A stretch of DNA of 34,803 nucleotides, taken from the NCBI GenBank assembly GCA_030609245.1, contig JAUWCP010000001.1, forward strand, positions 1 through 34,803. The letters are read 5' to 3'. The notes below the pieces were generated by a model, which saw only the letters and a program-made list of their open reading frames with translations, was not told the origin of the DNA and made no database searches. A program made the position numbers and the translations under genes. Positions 29,444 through 34,803 of the stretch are shown here, piece by piece; the stretch's first letter is position 1, and each line of letters starts with the position of its first letter. Source of the stretch: Hyphomicrobium sp. (lineage in GTDB: Bacteria; Pseudomonadota; Alphaproteobacteria; Rhizobiales; Hyphomicrobiaceae).

Positions 29444-30676
29444 TCAACGACCGCGATCGCGCATGGCGAGCGTGCGCAGGCGCAGCGCGTTGAGCTTGAT
29501 GAAGCCTTCTGCGTCTTTCTGATCGTAGGCGCCCCTGTCGTCCTCGAAGGTAACAAGCGTCGAGGAGTAGAGAGACTTGGGGCTCTCGCGCCCAATGACG
29601 ATGACGTTGCCCTTATAGAGCTTCAAACGCACGTCGCCGTCGACCGGCTCCTGGCTCTTGTCGATCAGCGCTTGCAGCATCTCGCGTTCCGGCGAAAACC
29701 AGAAACCGTAGTACACCAACTCCGCGTACCGTGGCATCAGCTCATCTTTTAGATGCATGGCACCGCGGTCGAGCGTAAGCGACTCGACCGCGCGGTGAGC
29801 GTGCCACAGGATCGTGCCGCCGGGCGTTTCGTAAACGCCGCGCGACTTCATGCCAACAAAACGATTCTCGACAAGATCGACGCGGCCGATGCCGTTGTCA
29901 CGGCCGAGGTCGTTGAGCTTTGCCAGAAGCGTTGCGGGAGACAGCTTTTTGCCGTCGAGTGAAACGGGATCACCTTTTTCAAATCCGATCGTGACAATCG
30001 TTGCGGCATCGGGCGCTTGCTCCGGAGAGATCGTGCGCTGGTAAACGTAGTCCGGTGGCTCCACCGCCGGATCTTCCAACACCTTGCCCTCGGAGGAGGA
30101 ATGCAACAGGTTGGCGTCGACTGAAAATGGAGCCTCGCCGCGTTTGTCTTTGGCGACGGGGATCTGATGCCTTTCGGCAAACTCAATAAGGTCTTCGCGG
30201 CTTTTGAATTGCCACTCCCGCCAGGGCGCAATGATCTTGATCCCCGGCTCGAGCGCGTAATAGCTCAGCTCGAAACGCACTTGATCGTTGCCCTTGCCGG
30301 TGGCGCCATGACAGACGGCGTCGGCACCCGTGGCTCTTGCGATTTCAATCTGCTTCTTTGCGATTAGCGGCCGCGCGACCGATGTGCCTAGGAGGTAGAC
30401 CCCCTCATAGAGTGCGTTTGCCCGAAACATCGGGAAGACGTAGTCGCGTACGAACTCCTCGCGCAGATCCTCAATGTAGATGTTTTCCGGCTTAATGCCG
30501 AGCATCAGCGCCTTCTCGCGCGCAGGCTCGATCTCTCCGCCCTGACCGAGGTCGGCAGTAAAGGTTATCACCTCGGTGCCATATGTCTCCTGCAGCCATT
30601 TCAGGATGATCGAGGTGTCGAGGCCGCCGGAATAGGCGAGCACCACCTTGTTGATGGACTGCGCAGCTTCGGTCAT
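29444..30676 (-). CDS. argG: Argininosuccinate synthase
   Basis: [35 protein letters not shown]. Confidence 0.98.
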   Translation of the reverse strand: MTEAAQSINKVVLAYSGGLDTSIILKWLQETYGTEVITFTADLGQGGEIEPAREKALMLGIKPENIYIEDLREEFVRDYVFPMFRANALYEGVYLLGTSVARPLIAKKQIEIARATGADAVCHGATGKGNDQVRFELSYYALEPGIKIIAPWREWQFKSREDLIEFAERHQIPVAKDKRGEAPFSVDANLLHSSSEGKVLEDPAVEPPDYVYQRTISPEQAPDAATIVTIGFEKGDPVSLDGKKLSPATLLAKLNDLGRDNGIGRVDLVENRFVGMKSRGVYETPGGTILWHAHRAVESLTLDRGAMHLKDELMPRYAELVYYGFWFSPEREMLQALIDKSQEPVDGDVRLKLYKGNVIVIGRESPKSLYSSTLVTFEDDRGAYDQKDAEGFIKLNALRLRTLAMRDRGR

Positions 30677-30803
30677 AGAGTTCGGCTTTCAGGATGGTCT
30701 GCTCGGATCGGGAGCGCACTATAGGGTGCGCTCACCGCCCTGCAAGTTTCCACGATGCCTATTTCGCGGATCAATCGCAGCGTTGGACAGAGTGCGTTAT
30801 CGC

Positions 30804-31403
30804 TTAAGCAAATCGGAATGTGGCCATCATCGCATTGATGTTAAACGGCGAGAAGCCGGCCAGCGTCATAAATGAATTAGGAGGCCAGAACGACGTGACG
30901 GCCTGCCCGCCGCCGGTTTGATAGCTCTCAAAGACCTGCTTCACCGAGACAGCCGCTGCATCCGCTGCATCCATCACAGCGACGTTTGCCTCCGCCGTCG
31001 GCCAAGCGACCGAACGCGGAACGCCTGCCGACATCAGCATAACCGCTATCGGCCAGACAGCCGGCGAGGCCGCAACTGGTAACATGCCAAACCACGCGGC
31101 AAACGGAGAGGACAGCGCGTTTCCAATCGCGCTATTCGCTGTTGGTGGTAGCCAACGCGGGTCATTCATCCAATCAAACGGCGAAAACGGAGTTGGCATT
31201 GTACCCTGACGGACGAACGAAAATCCGGCCTGCTCTTTCGTTCCTGGCGTCTTGTCATCCCCAGCCGGCTGCAAGGCGTCAGCCCAGAAATTCAGAACCT
31301 GACTGGTAAGGTCCGCGTAAGCCGCGATCGTGGCCGCCGTATAACCGAAGGCGGCGTCCGTACAGCTGCGCGTGAAGCGGGCCTGGAGCTTTGGATCGAA
31401 CAC
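30804..31403 (-). CDS. Hypothetical protein (W/P/A-rich)
   Basis: 199-codon ORF filling the gap, GTG start with AAAGGG upstream; no recognised domain. Confidence 0.7.
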   Translation of the reverse strand: MFDPKLQARFTRSCTDAAFGYTAATIAAYADLTSQVLNFWADALQPAGDDKTPGTKEQAGFSFVRQGTMPTPFSPFDWMNDPRWLPPTANSAIGNALSSPFAAWFGMLPVAASPAVWPIAVMLMSAGVPRSVAWPTAEANVAVMDAADAAAVSVKQVFESYQTGGGQAVTSFWPPNSFMTLAGFSPFNINAMMATFRFA

Positions 31404-31582
31404 GGTGTCGTCGCCCTTTCATGACTCACGAACGCGGTGCCGCTAATTCATTAGATTTCAGCTCCATTGCCTCGCGACGATTAGGCAATGGGACAAGCAA
31501 CTCTAGTCCGTCTGGGACACTCCAACAAGATCGATGCCACGCGGACCCTAAGAATTTCGTAATCTGATCCGGCCGATCTCAC

Positions 31583-32071
31583 TCAAGCCTCACCGGGAAT
31601 CTCTGCTCCAGCGTGCGCCTCCTCATTGATCGCGGCGTCGTCGCGCCGCCCGCCAGCGCGCCTGCCGGCCGCCATCCAATAGGCAAAACCGCCGAAAAAT
31701 CCCAGCGTCAGGAAGGCCCGAATGGCGTAGTCGTTGACGATCGTCGGCTCGCCGACGACCTCGACCATGTAGTGAGCGCCAAAACCGCCGAGCGCGATCG
31801 CTATGCCGACGAGCACATAGTAGATCCAAGACCGGATGCTCATCCCTTCGCCAATTGCAATGGCAACTAATGCAAACGGAAAAGCGAAGATTGCCACGTG
31901 TGTCGCCGCGAGAAGGGATAGCATCCCGGCGCTGCCGAGCCGCCCCCATCGCAAATCGGCGGGCAGCGTCGCAATATCGGCTGGCGTTATGACGAACGCG
32001 ACAACCGCCGCGCCGGCGACGAGACACGCGATGATGAAACCGAACAGAACCCGGAACATCGTGCCGAACAT
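31583..32071 (-). CDS. Hypothetical 4-TM membrane protein (paralog A)
   Basis: Four hydrophobic segments; IRSWIYYV and GFFGGFAYWMAAGR motifs shared with the upstream neighbour. Confidence 0.8.
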   Translation of the reverse strand: MFGTMFRVLFGFIIACLVAGAAVVAFVITPADIATLPADLRWGRLGSAGMLSLLAATHVAIFAFPFALVAIAIGEGMSIRSWIYYVLVGIAIALGGFGAHYMVEVVGEPTIVNDYAIRAFLTLGFFGGFAYWMAAGRRAGGRRDDAAINEEAHAGAEIPGEA

Positions 32072-32169
32072 GCTCTCACCTACTCGTCGCACCCAAGGTC
32101 CGTTTGAGCTTACAAGGCTTAAATCCTCTCGCTCAATAAAAAATAGACCTCCTGCCTAACGACGCTCAC

Positions 32170-32598
32170 TTAAGCATTGCGCCCGGCAATAAGCCAGTAG
32201 ACGAAGCCACCGGCGAACCCGGCCGTGGCGAAGACCTGCCAAACGGTGGTTTCCGGGACCACGACATTGCCGGACTCGGTCATACGCGCGAGCATGGGCA
32301 TCGCCGCCAGCGCCAACCCACCAGCAGCAACATAATAGATCGCGCTGCGAATGCGGGCGATTTCGCCGACAATGACCACCAGGAGGGCCGGTATCAGCGT
32401 AAGACCCGTGGCAAGCAGAAGTCCCTGCTGCGTTAGGTCAAACATGGCGACGATAACGTCGTCCCCAGACCGGTTCCCTTGCAGGGCAAGGGTAATGCGC
32501 TCCAACCCCAAGGTGAAGAGCACGAAACCCGAAACCGAGGCGGCAATCAGTAGCGCTATGGGAATAACGATAAGACGACCAACAGTGCTCCAAAACAC
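32170..32598 (-). CDS. Hypothetical 4-TM membrane protein (paralog B)
   Basis: IRSAIYYV and GFAGGFVYWLIAGR; starts 5 nt after the rlmN stop. Confidence 0.8.
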   Translation of the reverse strand: MFWSTVGRLIVIPIALLIAASVSGFVLFTLGLERITLALQGNRSGDDVIVAMFDLTQQGLLLATGLTLIPALLVVIVGEIARIRSAIYYVAAGGLALAAMPMLARMTESGNVVVPETTVWQVFATAGFAGGFVYWLIAGRNA

Positions 32599-32603
32599 CC
32601 GAC

Positions 32604-33839
<1,236 letters not shown>

Positions 33840-34101
33840 GTGAGCCTGCGAGAAGTTCGATTGCGCCCTTATCTAGCGTCTCTTGCCCTCGTCTGAAAGA
33901 CGGTCAGGGCTGTTCAACATGCCACAGCCATCCACTTTCCCGGTCAGCGAGGGAAGGCGTGGGAAGGTATGGGAGAAAAAAGCGCCTGAATGCTGAAATA
34001 ACTCTGTTCAGCTTGCGCTCAACTGACCGCGCCGGCCCGCCAATTGGCAGGCGCGGAAACCATCAATCTGCGGAAACGCCGTTGGATTTGCGCAGCCGGC
34101 C

Positions 34102-34305
34102 TCAGGCGACTGGCACCCAGCGTCCAGCCACGAAGCCAAATGCCACGGCGTCAGGATGCTGCTTGGCCGACGTGCTCAGCTGTTCCGCTGACTTGATGTC
34201 GTCGGACTTGATGACACGGGCCCCTTTGGTGCCAATCATTGCATTGCGAAATCCACTCAGCAGGATGACCCGCTTACCTCGGACCTCGATCTTGGGGCAT
34301 GCCAT
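34102..34305 (-). CDS. Small hypothetical protein (67 aa)
   Basis: AGGAGGT SD 6 nt before the ATG; GC3-rich codons within an otherwise AT-richer gap. Confidence 0.72.
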   Translation of the reverse strand: MACPKIEVRGKRVILLSGFRNAMIGTKGARVIKSDDIKSAEQLSTSAKQHPDAVAFGFVAGRWVPVA

Positions 34306-34548
34306 TACGTTACCTCCTAGCAGATGGCGGCGCTGCTAGAAGCGGACATGAGGGGAGCCATCAATGCCTCCCGCACAAACAAAAAACCGCGGCAAATACC
34401 GACCATCTACAACACCATCTATACAAAACAAATGCTAAACGTGGAACAATATTCCGCTGCAGTAAGTTAAGAGATAGTGGAAAAAATTGATGCACTGCAA
34501 CGTACCGCAAGTCTTTTTGCGCCGCAACGCAGTGTTCTTGCGCGCGAC

Positions 34549-34803
34549 TTAAAGAATAAATTTCGACAAGTCTGTGTTCTTCGCGAGATCACCAAGACGC
34601 GATGTCACGTATTCAGCGTCGATGGTAATAGACTGGCCGCCGCGGTCAGACGCATCAAACGAAATCTCATCAAGCACACGCTCCATTACGGTTTGCAAAC
34701 GCCGCGCGCCGATGTCCTCGACCGAGGAATTGACCTGCACGGCCGTATCGGCGAGGGCGTCGACGGCTTCGTCGGTGAAAGTTAAGGTTAAGTTCTCGGT
34801 GCC
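34549..34803 (-). CDS. hslU: ATP-dependent protease ATPase subunit HslU (3' end only)
   Basis: [19 protein letters not shown] and C-terminal DLSKFIL. Confidence 0.95.
   Translation of the reverse strand, partial: GTENLTLTFTDEAVDALADTAVQVNSSVEDIGARRLQTVMERVLDEISFDASDRGGQSITIDAEYVTSRLGDLAKNTDLSKFIL

Noticed and set aside
34487-34500. FNR/FixK box TTGATGCACTGCAA
   Set aside because: The right half-site deviates from ATCAA; a TGC-N3-GCA motif fits better.

Overview
This 34.8-kb, GC-rich window is core chromosome from an alphaproteobacterium; the gene order and protein families look Hyphomicrobiales-like (inference). It runs from a partial cholesterol-oxidase-like GMC oxidoreductase through a D,D-carboxypeptidase, gshB, yraN, rsmI, an LpoA-like lipoprotein, a DUF1287 protein, gluQ, an AlkA-family glycosylase and an HNH nuclease. 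It continues with dsbB, yqaA, hemW, rdgB, a VOC protein, rph, hrcA-grpE-dnaK-dnaJ, an FMN reductase, pyrF, DUF1330, trmD, rplS, map, radC, asnB, argG, several hypotheticals, rlmN and the 3' end of hslU. I saw no transposase, integrase, phage gene, CRISPR array, tRNA or rRNA. The main unexplained feature is the ~1-kb gap between dsbB and a 71-aa ORF (about 11570-12530). It holds 18 strand-polarised WACGC motifs (GCGUW on the minus strand) among many hairpins, and the ORF that follows has a strong SD and a terminator. It is a candidate long, repeat-motif regulatory RNA coupled to a small protein. Other oddities are an L19 with a C-terminal helix-hairpin-helix-type extension, trmD-rplS detached from rpsP-rimM, and a CIR/RIME-type double-hairpin repeat with four GANTC sites. 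Start codons were chosen by eye.
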